A program made the translations under genes and the position numbers. The notes under the pieces are model-generated. The model had not been told where the DNA came from and did not search any database. It worked only from the letters and a program-made list of their open reading frames with translations. Source: the human T2T-CHM13v2.0 reference genome, Homo sapiens. Taken from it: a stretch of 64,000 nucleotides of DNA. The stretch is from assembly GCF_009914755.1 (NCBI RefSeq), contig NC_060944.1. One strand, given 5' to 3'. This document shows positions 13,551 to 26,589 of the stretch, one piece after another (position 1 is the stretch's first letter; every line of letters begins with the position of its first letter).

Positions 13551-15744
13551 CTAAACCCAGGAGGGAAGCTTAAGTCTTCCTTTCATGATTTCCCATAGAA
13601 AATCAATAACATCCTTTGCTATCCCTCCAAGGAGCCCATAGAGGGCTGGCAGAATAGAAGATATCTGACTCTCATTTAAGTTAACTTGCAGAGCATGGAT
13701 CCACATTGTGTTTGTCCTATCGTCCCTTTTCTTTGCTAGTTTGATAAGAAAAGTTGTCCAACAGGGAAATAATAGGAAAACAATGACAAAATAAAAATAA
13801 TTCTTATTTGTAGAGCTTAAAAATCAGTCTCTCATAAGCTAACTCCATTACACGCTTTCTCATCATTGCCTGAATATTTCTCTCAGCCAAGAGAAGGAAT
13901 AAACCAACCCGCCAAAGCTGCACACTCAAGTTTTAAGTGCGCTGGAGAGTGAAGCCAAATAGAAGTCATTCATTTAAGAGCTGCAGTAAAGTGGCAACTG
14001 CGTTTTGGTTGTTGCCATGGTTCAGATCCACTCAACTTTAAATTTCTAGTCATTCTCAGAATACCCCAAAGCATTCTACCTTTAGCTATCTCAAATTCAT
14101 TTATTTCTGACTATTTTATTGCTCACGTACTCCGTGATGGGCACAGTGCTGGACATCTGGGAAGATGGCACTGCCTCTCTTCTTCGTCACTTTTAAGCCA
14201 GGGTTAACCACCCTGTCATTGAAATACTTTCTTTTATTGGATTCTGGTTGTCTTCAGCATGTAACTGACAACTAAAGCCATGGGCATGGATAAGAGTGTA
14301 GAGGGAAAAGAGAAAAGAAAAGAAGCAAAGAGGAGGGTGGTGGAGGGAAGAGGGGTCATTGACCATAAGCGAGGCATTCTAATTAAAAGGGAGAACATAC
14401 AAGAACTTCAAATCCTAGCACCTACCCACTACACACTCCCAGTTTCCCCTCTGCCCTACCACCCATCCTCCTGATGCTTATCTTAGATAAAAATTCTGAA
14501 ATGGGTCAAGCAGGCCCAGCTCGGCACTGAGTACCAGTTCAGGAGACAGCCACCAGGACCCTCAGCTGACAGCAATTACAGGTCCGAGACATTTTCCTCT
14601 GGCACTGTATTGTATTAACTTTTTTTTTTGTTTCCTTTAAATTACAGGGTGACCTGCTTTCAGTTGGGAAGTTATAACCAGTGGCCAAATGAGAACAATA
14701 TTTTCCCTATAAAAAGAACAGAAGAGCCAAGGATTCTTCAAAGATTCCCGGGCACTGAGAAAACAAGTAAATACAAAATTTAGCTATGACAATTACAGAC
14801 AGACATCAACAAAAATCTTTTTAAAAAGATAAACTTTCTTCATTAAAATATAATTTGTTTGATCTGTATTTATATATCTGTGCCCTGCTACCGTATCATT
14901 AAAAATATTTGAAGTCGGATATACGATGCATTAATTTGGCAGATTATCACATTATCTAGTTAACTTTATCTTACATGTTACCTTCTGGGCCAGTGGTGCT
15001 AGGACTCCGATCAAACTCACTTCACAGTAAATTAGTTCATATTAAGAAATATATCTGCCGCAAAGTCTATTTGGACCAAAAACAAAATAGCAATAATACA
15101 TTGCAGCCGTAAATAAACACATAGCAGATTAACAAGGGCTAAGTGTTGCTCTTGTCTGGCACTGGGAGTTAACAGTATATACTTCATGATAACTGAAAAA
15201 TTGGCAGGAATTGAGTATATGAAAACTACGTATGAAGACAAGCAATACAGCTTTTAATTCTAATTGTTTACAAAAATTATAAAGCATTGTTGGGAAATTG
15301 TTAAAATGATTTGAATACTACCAAGGGTTTGAAATAAAACTGAAAAAAACATCAAAGGTTATTCAACAATAAATTATTTTACAATGACAAGAGAATCCAA
15401 AAGCAGCATCTGATGTATCTTAGGATCCCAAAATTTCAGGAGCCGTGAACTCTAACTCTAAACAATGCATTATTTATGGACTTTCCAGTCTTTGCTTAAA
15501 TGTCTCTATTCATGAGCATCCCTTACTTCTCCAAAGCAATCGAACTGCATTTCACATCACTCTCAAGGAAACAGAGAGGGAGAATTCCTCAGCTGGAGTT
15601 CAAATTGGCCTTTCTACAGTTCTTTCCGAATGGCCCCAGGATTCTTTTCTGACTTCATGAGGACAACACTTCAGATGAGAGAGCTCCTCTGTGTGCATCC
15701 TCCAAGTTTATCTGCTAAACCAAGATAAACATCCCCGGTTCCTC

Positions 15745-16198
15745 TTTTTAAGTTTTTAAGTGCTGGAGTACATGTGCAGGATGTGCAGGTTTGTTGCATA
15801 GGTAAACATGTGCCATGGTGGTTTGTTGCACTCATCAACCCATCACCTAGGTATTGAGCCCAGCATGCAGTAGCTATTTTTCCTGATGCTCTCCCTCCCC
15901 CAGCCCTACTCCCCTGACAGGCCCCAGTGTGTGTTGTTCCCCTCCCTGTGTTCATGTGTTCCCATTGTTCAGCTACCACTTATAAGTGAGAACATGTGGT
16001 ATTCGGTTTTCTGTCCCTGCATTCGTTTTCTGAGGATAATGGCTTCCAACTCCATCCATGTTCCTGCAAAGGACATGAGCTTGTTCTTTTTTATGGCTGC
16101 ATAGTATTCCATGGTGTATATATACCACATTTTCTTTATCCAGTCTATCCTGATGGGCATTTGGGTTGATTCCCTGTCTTTGCTATTGTGAATAGCGC
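15745..16198 (-). mobile_element. L1PA8/10-like 3' fragment (ORF2 C-terminus plus 3' UTR)
   Basis: GTACATGTGCAGGATGTGCAGGTTTGTTGCATAGGTAAAC. ORF 15969..16265(-) contains [22 protein letters not shown], the L1 ORF2 C-terminus. Confidence 0.9.
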
Positions 16199-17149
16199 AA
16201 CTTGCTTTATTTCTTTTTTCAAATTCACATAATTGTAAATGGCAAGGCTGAAGTTCTCTTAACATTGCTTCAGAGTTTTCTTAATGAGGATCCCCAAATA
16301 TAAAACCTAATGCTTAAAGAGCAGCTTGATAGAAAATACAGGACACAAGTTTTTTACAAATGAAATTTAATTTAGGATTTAAAGATAAATGCCTGACAAA
16401 TCTAGTCAGTTAGATGTAGTAAGATACAGATAATGTAACACATAATAATATATAAATAGGCCAAATTACACATATGCGTGTGTGTGAAGAGTATTTGTGT
16501 ATACAAGTGTGCATATATACAGAGAGAGAGAGACAATGGTCCTCTCCATTTTTCCCGGAAGGTGCACCCAGTTTAAAAACAAAAGTTTTGGCAAAATGTT
16601 AAGTGTCCTCACTAATCTTCTTAAGAAATCCTAAAGATCAATAATCTCCCTTGAGGGAAAACTGGATATAAATGCTGAAAATCAGTCCTAGGGGTAGGAG
16701 GGGGGGGCATTGTTTTGGGAAGGTGGGGCAGGAAAAGTCAAATTCCATTGGAAAAAAATATTTAATTTGGCAAATATAAATTGAGCAATTAATATATGTG
16801 CCACCTTTGTGGGCATGAGATATACAAGCAACAGACATCATAAAACAGATGTCAGAGGCCAGTACAAATTAAACATTCATGTCCCTTTCAACAAGAATGC
16901 TTGTTAATTCAACAAACATTCACTGAGCACCTCCTGAGCAACCACACTGTTCCGAGAAATAGAACACCAGTGTGGCAGGAACAGAGTGAGCAGTAGAAAG
17001 CTGAATTTCAAATCATTCGAGATGATTCTGGAACTAAGTGGTTGTGTAGCTTCAGCCAGTACAGGGAAAAGAGCAAACCTAGCAGAAGGAGCTATTTGCT
17101 TTCCTAAATAATTTGGTGTTCTGGTAGTAGTAATCACAGACAATATTAA

Positions 17150-17310
17150 TAACAACCCTTCCTGAGGGTTTATTGTGTCCAGACAATGAGCTAAGCTCTT
17201 TACAATCCTTATATCACTTAATCATCACAACAACACTTTGAGAGTAATTATTATTTCTATTTTACATGTGAAGAGGCTAAAGAGTAGTTATCCAAAACCC
17301 CACAGCTGAT
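17150..17310 (-). mobile_element. MIR SINE
   Basis: GCTAAGCTCTTTAC...CTTAATCATCACAACAAC...CTATTTTACATGTGAAGAGGCT. Confidence 0.6.
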
Positions 17311-17319
17311 GAAAGTACA

Positions 17320-17830
17320 TGGTAAATTATTTGCAAATATGGTCACAATTCTCCCTAAAGCCATGCTCTTTGCAATGTAACCTTGCGGCTTCTCCAATCA
17401 AGAGGTGAAATCTATTTCTTCACTCTCTGAATCTTGTTGGCCTTGTGGCTTACCTTGGCCAAACGAATGCAGCGTAAGTGACAGTGTCCCAGTTCAAGCC
17501 TCAGTCCCAAGAACCTCAAGGAATCAGAACTTGCTTCTGTTCTGTCTCTTAGACTCCTGAGATTGCCATATGAACCCAGCCCAGCCAGCCTACTAGAGAA
17601 TGAGAGACCACATGGGGAAGAGCTTACCAGGTGAGGTCATCTTAGACTAGACAATACTAAGTGATAGGCCAACTAACTACAGAAGCATAAAAGAGCCTAG
17701 CAGAGATCAGCTGAGCCCTGCCAAGCCCCGACCCAGGCCAGAATTACCATCCAGCCATTCCATAGACTTGTAAGCAATAATAAATGTTCCTTAAGACAAT
17801 AAATTTGGGGAAGGTTTGTTATGAAATTGA
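17320..17830 (+). mobile_element. MLT1G/H-like MaLR LTR
   Basis: TTTGCAATGTAACCTTGC...ATCAAGAGGTGAAATCTATTTC...TGAATCTTGTTGGCCTTGTGGCTTACCTTGGCCAA, with a matching LTR 3' end. Confidence 0.7.
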
Positions 17831-19199
17831 AACCCAAGATTATATGACTCCAGATACTATGCACTGAATTGCTATTTTTTGTCATGTCAAATATTGAAAC
17901 AGAATCCTGTACCTTAGAATTATGAGAGTTTCTATGGCAGATAGACGGATACTGCATTTTTCATGATTTTGCTTTCTTCCCCCAATCCTCTACAACAAAA
18001 AGTCCATCTTGTTTACGCAAATTGATTTTTCCGTTCTGAGGTTGTTTTTCCTCCTGAAATCCTCCTTTCCAGCTGTTCTGGGCCAGGGGTAAAGGCAAAG
18101 CCTTCCAACAAGCTTTTTGGCATTACAGAGCCGAGAGCCATCTGTTTGGCTGTAGGCTATTCACCATGGACCTGGCAAGTAACACGTTTCTGACCAGTGG
18201 ATGATAATTTGATAGCTCATCATTACCCAATAAATATGCTAATCATCACCCCTGAAGTGGGACTAAAACAGTAATTTGGTTGCAAAACATTTAGTGCATG
18301 TCTAGAAGATACAGAATTAATGTGATTCAGGCTTAACTTTATAAAACTGTCATTTTGTCATTTATCCCATTTCACTTGCAACCACACTTTGATCTATCCA
18401 TGATCATGCACAGGAGATTAAATGGTACTCCCTGTTTTCTGATAAATAAGTAGATACTCACTTTCTCTGACATGTTATCATTTTACCTCTTTCCCATCTA
18501 GCTTTGTCAGGATAAATTTTCCTCTTCGATAGTTCTTATAGATTACCCTAGAAGTCTGAGAGAGAATAATGAGACAGAAGTTTGGATCAAGAAACCATTT
18601 ATTCATTTGTCCAGCATTTGACCATCCAAATTGTACAGTAAGGACCTTATACTTGCAACATACCTTAAAATTTGATTCTGAAATCTATTAAGCCACTTAA
18701 ATTGAATAACTGTTCTAATAAAGTAATCATAATGTCACCTACCTAATATTTGAAATAATATAAAAATGTTTAAGCCATTGACTGCCATTGCATTTTAATA
18801 AAGAAGATGAGTCTAAAAATCATTACATTATTTTCCTTAATCATACTATATTTTAAATGTAATAATTAAATTTAATAATTAAATGATTTATTTCTAACTC
18901 AATTTATTTCTGATAATAACCTTTAAATAAAATCCTTTTATTTAAAACCTTTTATTTAAAGGTTTTTATTATAAATAAATTAGCAAAAAATGAGGACCTA
19001 GGTCTTGTGCATTACCTCTACCTTGACTATTTATTTCATCAAGTACGTAAACAGTCTTAGAATTTAGGCAGTGTACAACCTGTAAGACTGTACATGGCAG
19101 TGGATGGAAATAAGTGGTTGATTACAGCCATGGAAACTTGTCTTATTCTAAAGTGTAGACCCTTTAAAAAATAAGTAAACTCAATTCTGAATGGAAAAA

Positions 19200-19410
19200 A
19201 ATTGATTTTTGAGTGCACATTGTGTGCTAAATATTGGATGCACGGCATCTCACTTAATGCTTAAAACAACTCACTGCAGTAGGTATTAGTGTTATCTCCA
19301 TGCTGTAAAGAAATAGAAAAAAGTTAGAGATATTAAGTATCTCCCCCAAGTTCATCCAGCTAGCAAAGGTTATGATTCAATGTTAGGGTCAGTCCAAAGC
19401 CATTTTCTGC
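19200..19410 (-). mobile_element. MIR SINE
   Basis: GTAGGTATTAGTGTTATCTCCAT...AGAGATATTAAGTATCTCCCCAAG. Confidence 0.55.
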
Positions 19411-20934
19411 TTTGGGAAGCTGAGATGGGAAGTCTTCAGGGAGGGGAGAATGAAGTAGATACTCTAGAAAAGAAGCAGAGTTGAGAGATGAAGATGTGAG
19501 TCTTCATTTAACGAGGAGTCAAACCTTGGTTTCCCAAAGACTGTGCCACTCAAACTGTCTATAATGAAGAGACAGATTACTCCCAACTCCAATTCAGCTC
19601 AAACCAATACTTTTTTGCAAAATATGATAAAAATAAAATACTAATAAACAAAATTTTAAAATAGCTGAAAACACAAGGATTCCATTTTAATTATTAGAAT
19701 AAAATTATTCTAGAAAATAGCTATAAAAGTCTCTAAACACCTTTAATATCTCCTCTTCTCTTGTGAATGGGTAGAAATTAGTGATGGAATAGGTGGAGAT
19801 TAGTTAGGGAATTGACACAGGTTTGAGGACCATACTTTGAGAAGCACAACCCCAAGTTATCTGAGCTGTTCTTCACTCCCAGAAAATCAACTTGCCTTAT
19901 TCCAGAGGTCAACACTCAAACTCTACCCTCAACTCCTAAAAAATCAAATTCCAGCTATTAGAACTTCAGCAGTAGGAAACAGTCTGGTGCCTACTATACA
20001 TAGATATACAAATGAAGGACCACTAAATAGAGAAGGCTGAGCAGGTCCTCTGAGCATGATGATAAAGCTGAAACATTTTAAAAACAGCCTTAGGGATGAA
20101 AATCTTCAAAGCAACATAAACATAAATTTAAAAATGGCTAAACAGAGTCTACATTTATAACATTTGCTTATTAACTTCCTTTTCTTCCTTCACAGACTTT
20201 CAAAAATCCCTATGGCTGGAAAAGGCTTGGAGGTTTCTCTCTCCATTACCATTCATGCACCTGCTTCCTCTTCTGCAACCACCCCTAACTTTCCTGCAGA
20301 ACTACCATTAGATAAATAAAGTTTATTTTATTTCAAGATTTTTAAAGACAGGTATTTTGTGCTTCTTTATTTTCTTTTTTCTTTTTTTTTTTTAATTGAG
20401 GGGTCAGGGGTGGGGAGAATCAACCAAATCACCAATCAAAGGCTAGTTGGGGGGATGAAAAGGTGAGCTATGGCCATGATAAAAAGAAAAGACCCCTGTA
20501 TTGATTGGTTAGTTAGCTAGCCAGCTGGATCCCAGCAACATTAAACAGAGAAATGTCTCAGGAGAATGAATGGGATACTTCCAAAAGAATCTAAATTCCT
20601 CAGAAGGGCCTGCAAAGCCATAGTGAATGGAGTCCAAACTGAGAGGGGAACTGTCCAAATGGAGAAGCAGCTTGGTGTATTCTTCTCAAGCTCCCAAAAT
20701 CCCAAGTAGAGGGGAGCATGCCCTTTGCTCTGCCCACTAGTCCAGATATGAAGGAAAGGACAGGTGACATTAACTTACAAATGGCCATCGGGGTCCTGCA
20801 GGCCAGGGTAAGGGCTCTAGGACAGTTTGTGCCTGCAGCACCCCCTGTAGTTTACAAATGAGCCTCAGGTGTCTCCAAGCCTCTCCTCCCCATCCCATCC
20901 TTTTTTCCTCCCACCCACTTCTCCCTTGCTTCTT

Positions 20935-21740
20935 TTTCAACTTTTCATCTTGAAAACATTCAAACTTAAAGAAAACTTGCAAAACTAGTAACCTATTGAC
21001 TAAGATGGATTCATTAGTTCAATATACTGCTCATCTGAATCACTAATTTTGTCACATGTGCTTTCTCCGTGCATTATGCGTGTACACATACATAATACAT
21101 GTATACATACATACATGTATACATGCAATTATTTTGCTGAACAATTTGGTCTTTCATCCTAAATACATCAGTACATATTTCCGGAAAATAATTTTTTTAC
21201 ATAATCCCAATTCATTGATTAAATTCAAGACATTAATATGGACATAATACTGTTATCTAATACATATTCCATATTTAAGTTTCACTAATTGTCCCAATAA
21301 CATACTTTGTACCATTTTTTCTTTGACCCAGGGTCCAATTCAGGGTTCTGCTCTGCATTTAATTGTCTTGTCTCTTTCGTGCCCTCAATGTGGAACAGGC
21401 TCTCATGACATTAACATTTTCTGAAAGGCACAAGAGAGTTGTTTTGTAGAATAGTCTTAAATTTAGGTCTGTCCGGTAGTTTCCTTACGATCAGATCGGA
21501 GTTACACATGAAGGCTGTTCGAGTGATATTGTGTCTGTCTCAGTGTCCCAGGAGACACACAATATTAATTTGTTCTATTGTTGATGTTAATGCTGATCAC
21601 ATGAGTGAGGTAGTTTCTGGGAGGCTTCTCTGCTTTAAAGGGATCTTCTTTTCTCTGTATAAAAATGATCTGTGGGAAGATTCATTGAACTATATAAATG
21701 TTCTGTTCCCCCAACAAATTCATCCAGTGGTTTTAACACA
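20935..21740 (-). mobile_element. Ancient L1 3' region (L1MC/L1ME-type)
   Basis: AACATTCAAACTTAAAGAAAACTTGCAAAACTAG, CTAAATACATCAG...TTTCC and TTGCATTTAATTGTCTTGTCTCTT-like motifs. Confidence 0.6.
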
Positions 21741-23072
21741 AACTCCTTAATTTTTATTTGTATTGATGGGCAAATTGTTTATCTCCATAGTTCTGGAGTT
21801 TAACTGCAGCCTGTGCCAGCCCTGATCTGGTAACTCCTCTCAGTTTATTGCACACAATGAACCTTTCCACTCATTTTGAAACTTACTTGATATTTTAATG
21901 TGAGGGTTTAGAGAACAACCCACCCTCACCCTTTACTACTGAGTCATGGTGACATAGGAGGAGGCCACTATTATTTTGCAACATTACCTCTTTTCCCATT
22001 TCACCCCGTGGATATGAAGACCTTTCCCTATGAAAACGATGGCTGCTTTTTAGAAAGGATGAACAAAACAGGTGGGGAAAAGCTCTCATATTCAAAAATC
22101 AAACCAAGTCCCAGCCAGTCTGCGAAGCAAAATGCCCACTCAGTCTGCAAAGCCACAGCACGACATCCTGCTGACTTTCCAGCAAAATTAATTGCAAGAA
22201 CCTGGCAGGTCTCCAAACAACTGCCGTTCTTCCCTTCATTATTGAAAAATCTCTGCTGTCACTTCTTAATCAGCGCTTCGTTCGTATTTCTATAGACTGT
22301 ACTTTGCTTGCACTTAGGGAGGAATTGGTGCAAATACCACTTTTACTCGGCAATTATTTTGCATAAGGATTTAAGTTGGAGCTCACAGTATGGCAAGATT
22401 TGGAATTTAGATAGCAAAAAACTCTCAGAGCTCTTTGGAAAACAAGCTGGACTTGCAGTTACACTGGGTAGACCTGTGGAAACTCTCTTTTAACGTCATG
22501 AAGGTGAAACCTGCAAATATTGGTACATAAAGTGAAATCAGCAACTGCTCTCTTTTTTTCTTTTGCTAGGGGTGCAAAAATGAGAGAAATAAACAAAGAA
22601 CTGATGTCCTCAAAGGGAAAATACTTTTTAACATTTATTGGGAAGTTTTTGACTGGCTTGTTTTCCTGCTTGCTATGGGAACGTGACAAAACAAGATGTA
22701 ACTTGTTTATTTCCAGACCATGTCTTAATCTGCCAACCCTTTCCTCATCTGAAAAAACAAATAATTTAAAAGAAGCAGTGAAATGTCATTCGAATAAAGG
22801 GCTGTATGACCACTGATACTGCAGACTGAGAAATTAACTAATGAAGACAGGAAAGAGAAATTTTAAGGAGTTTGATCTAATGACATCGCAGGAAAATCCT
22901 AAGACATACCTACCAAAGCTAGGTAAGCTGAGGGGTTTAAGGAAGACATGAAAAATGCCTCTGTTGATAAACAAGACAGATAATTCAAGCCAATTATTTT
23001 TCTTTGGAAATTGTCATAGCCCAGCTGATGGCTTCAGGGGTTGGACAGTCTAAAACTCTGACTTTCAAATAA

Positions 23073-23118
23073 ATTACTTTTAGTTGCAAAAACCATGATT
23101 ACTTTTGCACCAACCTTT
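23073..23118. mobile_element. Half MADE1 (Hsmar1-derived MITE)
   Basis: ATTACTTTTAGTTGCAAAAACCATGATTACTTTTGCACCAACCT matches the spacer plus one TIR of MADE1; the other TIR is missing. Confidence 0.8.
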
Positions 23119-23374
23119 AAAACGGCCAGTGGCTCAATTCTGTTTTCTTAAACATTCATTTGAGATAAACGTTTTTTAACCTCTCTTAGAAAGAATGAAA
23201 TTAGAGTAGTCCTGACTTTAGTAAGGAATTGACAGGTCATATTTTGTTTATACAAAAAGACATAGTCAATTCCATTGGTATTAATTGAGCACATATATAG
23301 GTTATGTTGACATAATGGGATTTGGAGAAGTCCCAGACACCTGGAGCTTGTTAATTTATTTGGCTAGAGTTACC

Positions 23375-23820
23375 GCTGGCCTTAAAATTCTCCAATGGCT
23401 CCTCTTTACAGTTAGAATGGACCCAAGCTCTTTTCCAAGGCATATAAGACTCCCTAACCTGGCCTCTGCTATTTGTCAGTCACTCTTCATTCACCCACTC
23501 TTCCCCTGAAGTTCACAATCCTTCAGCCACAAGGGATTTCTCTCAATTTCTTGAGCATGCCAACACATCTCGGGAATTGTGCATTTGCTGTTTCTACTGC
23601 CTCCATAGCAAGATTCTTGCATGCCTGCTCTTCAGATCTCCACTCAGAAAACCTTCCATGCTCACAGTATCCAAAGCCCCTTGCCCAGCCACTCTCTCTC
23701 TGTCTGTGAACCTGTTCTCTTTATACCACAGCCCCCACTCCCTACAGGAGATCTTTTTGATCCTGTTCACTACAGTATCTGCAGTACTTGGAATAGAACT
23801 TAATAACTGTATGTTGAAAT
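23375..23820 (+). mobile_element. L2 fragment
   Basis: CTTAAAATTCTCCAATGGCTCC...GCATTTGCTGTTTC...TGTTCACTACAGTATC...TGTTGAA resemble the L2 3' end. Confidence 0.6.
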
Positions 23821-24995
23821 AACAAAAGACCAAATGAATGACTGTATAAAATATGAAGGTAATATGATATAAATAACATTGGATTCTGCTTACTACTAGC
23901 CACCTCTGTCTTGAATTTTAAGTACTCAGGATCAGATTTAATGTTTTTCAACAGATTGAGAGTTCTTTGAGGCTGGAGATTACACCTTATATATTCTTCT
24001 TTCCCCCTGTGGCACCCCTTGTTCAGAAAAGTTTGCTAAATGTCTACAGGAAGGAAAGAAGAAAGGCGGGGCGAGAGGAAAGAAAGAATTTGTCACCAGA
24101 TGGACAATGACTTTTTCTGCGGCAACACACTGAAGCAGACAACCACAAATTTGTTTCTGGGGCTTGTACAATAAGTATTCCACTCTCAGTATTAATTCAG
24201 AGCAGAGAAGTGCTGTCAAGTGTCTGAGAGAGTGTGGAAGGTGGTATTGGAGAATTCTCTACTGGGCAGCTCCTAAACCATGGGAAGGCAAAGCTGAGGA
24301 AGTGAGAGACATGCTTTCCCAAGAGCCCCGAAGAAAGATCTTTTAAATCAGGGTACCAGATGGTCTGCCTTATTAAAGGGTGCCTCTCAAAGCCAAATTC
24401 TTTTTTTATTCCTTTAATGCTCACCTTGGTGAAAGGTGAACTACTTTTGAATCAATCTCTCTAAGGTCTCCTGTTTTCAGCCTTAACCTCTGTTCAAAAG
24501 CAGGATGTTGAACCTCTGCTGTCTTCCAGGTGTGTATGAGGATGGAGCAGACACATCCTCAGAAGCCGGAGGGCATCATTTTTGTTCATAAGAGCAAAGA
24601 TGCATCTCAGAGCTGAGGTATGAATCCCATTTCCATCTAAAGCTTGGCTATAGGAGACAGCTCCCAAACTCCTGCATTTACTTTTGAAACATTTGCTGTG
24701 TTCCTATAATACCACTCTCCTACCAGGATGCTCTCTATAAAATGCCCTAGAATGGTGTCCCATCATCCATTCTGTAAAGACAGCATGATGTAGTAAAAAA
24801 AAAGAGATATTGTCTAAGTTTGGCCACAAAGTATCTATGGCACCTGGAAAAGTCAAATCACCTCCATGGACCTGGTTACTTGAAGTATATTGAAATATAA
24901 AATAAAAATAAAAACATGATATAAAAGTACAGCTATAGGTAGCTTCTTCTGATCTCAAAGGGATTCCTTATTGTTTGGTTTGATTCGGTCTAACT

Positions 24996-25176
24996 CAGTG
25001 GCTTTCCAAGTTCTGTTCCTAGACTGGCAGCATTAGTATGGTCTGGGGAATTCGTTGGAAATAAAAATTCTCAGGCCCTATCCCAGATCAGAAACTCTGA
25101 AAATAGGACCCTTAATTCTGTGTTTCAACTGGCCTTCTAGGTGGTTCTGATGTAAGCTCATATATGAGAACCATTG
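24996..25176. mobile_element. MER5A MITE
   Basis: CAGTGG...AAATTCTCAGGCCCTATCCCAGATCAGAAACTCTG...GTGGTTCTGATG...TGAGAACCATTG. Confidence 0.8.
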
Positions 25177-25229
25177 GTCTAAAAGAATACTTTTATGGGC
25201 CTTGTTATGCACATATGTATGTGGCTTTC

Positions 25230-25710
25230 CTACTTCTGACAGCTCTCATTACCATCTGTTGTCCTCAGGGTTCCAGTGACTCTCGTGCCACTCATCTCTA
25301 AGGACAGCACACATGACTTCACTAAGCCAATCAGCATTTTACTTCTCTGTCTATGTAATTGGTACACGATAGGCATTTGGGTGACGAGATTTAAAAAAAA
25401 AAAAAAAAAGAGTTTCAGGATTTTGCTGGAAAAGAGACATTCCCAGTGAGAAAGTACCTTGTGGGTAACAGCAATGTGGGGACCACAAAGGGAACTGGGT
25501 TTATGATAAACCAGACATCATGGAAGGAAGACGGGACATAGAAGGAAAGTAGGGCTTTGAAGACACTGTTAGTGCGGGACCAAGCTGTGCTTGGTGTCAA
25601 TTCTACTGCAGCTCTATCTTTTCTGTAACAAGAGCCAATTAGTGTCATTTATTTTTTAAGCCTGTTTGATCCATGTCTGGTGTCACCTGCAACCGAGTAT
25701 TCTAACTCTA
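25230..25710. mobile_element. Ancient ERVL/MaLR LTR remnant (LTR16/MLT1-like)
   Basis: AGCCAATCAGCAT... and the terminal TTAAGCCTGTTTGA...TGTCACCTGCAACC motif. Confidence 0.4.
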
Positions 25711-26589
25711 ACAGTCCACTTTGCGTGTAAAACATGAGGATTCCTCTACCCTGGTCTTGAGAGAGAAGATGAAGCAAAGCATGAAGAAAATAAAGTATTC
25801 CCCGCAATAAGAATATGGAGTTGTTTTCTGGCTAAGACAAAAAAGAACACAGATAGGGTACGAGATGGGGGAGGTAAGGGGACCAGAAAGAAGAAAAATA
25901 CTTGAGAAGAGGATGTAAGTTTATGACTAAAGTTAGATACTTGTGGGAACGTGGCCGTTAAGAAATGACCTTCAGTGGAGATGGGCAGATATATTTTCAG
26001 TAACAGAGTTCTAAGCATGTTCCATGCACTAGATTGATTTAACCCTCACACCACGCTTATGTGTGAATGACACATAAGAATCACTCAAGGTTAGATGTGA
26101 GAGGTAAAACTGAGATCCACAGCCAGGCAGCTGGCTCCAGAGTCCATTCTCTTCCCATTAGGGCACGCTTGTGCACCTCAGCTGAAATTCTCTTTAGTGC
26201 CTAGGAAACCATCCCCAAAAGTCTGCTCTGCCACTCAGCCTGGCTTAGTGCTGCTTGGAGAAGAATGAGGAGAGGCAAGTGGGTCCTAGCATGGGGTAGA
26301 GCCATGCAGAAAGATTGTCATGGCACCAAGGGCGGTGGTCTTGAGACAGGCAGTGGCAGAAAAACTGGCAGCAGCACAAGTGACTCAGGAGGGATTGTGC
26401 AATAGTCGACCCCTCTCAATCACAAAAAAGTTCTGCTTTGGAGGGAAAAAGGGAATAAACGACAGAAATAAAGTTTTTAAAAATGTGTGTTTACATAAGG
26501 CTTCTACTTGGTCTAAACATCTACAAGCCTGTGCATCTGAATTCTTCCTTGATGTTTAAGAGTCTCTGTAATATGAATAGGCCTTATTT

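Noticed and set aside
23073-23118. miR-548-type hairpin from MADE1
   Set aside because: Only one terminal inverted repeat is present, so the fold-back precursor cannot form.
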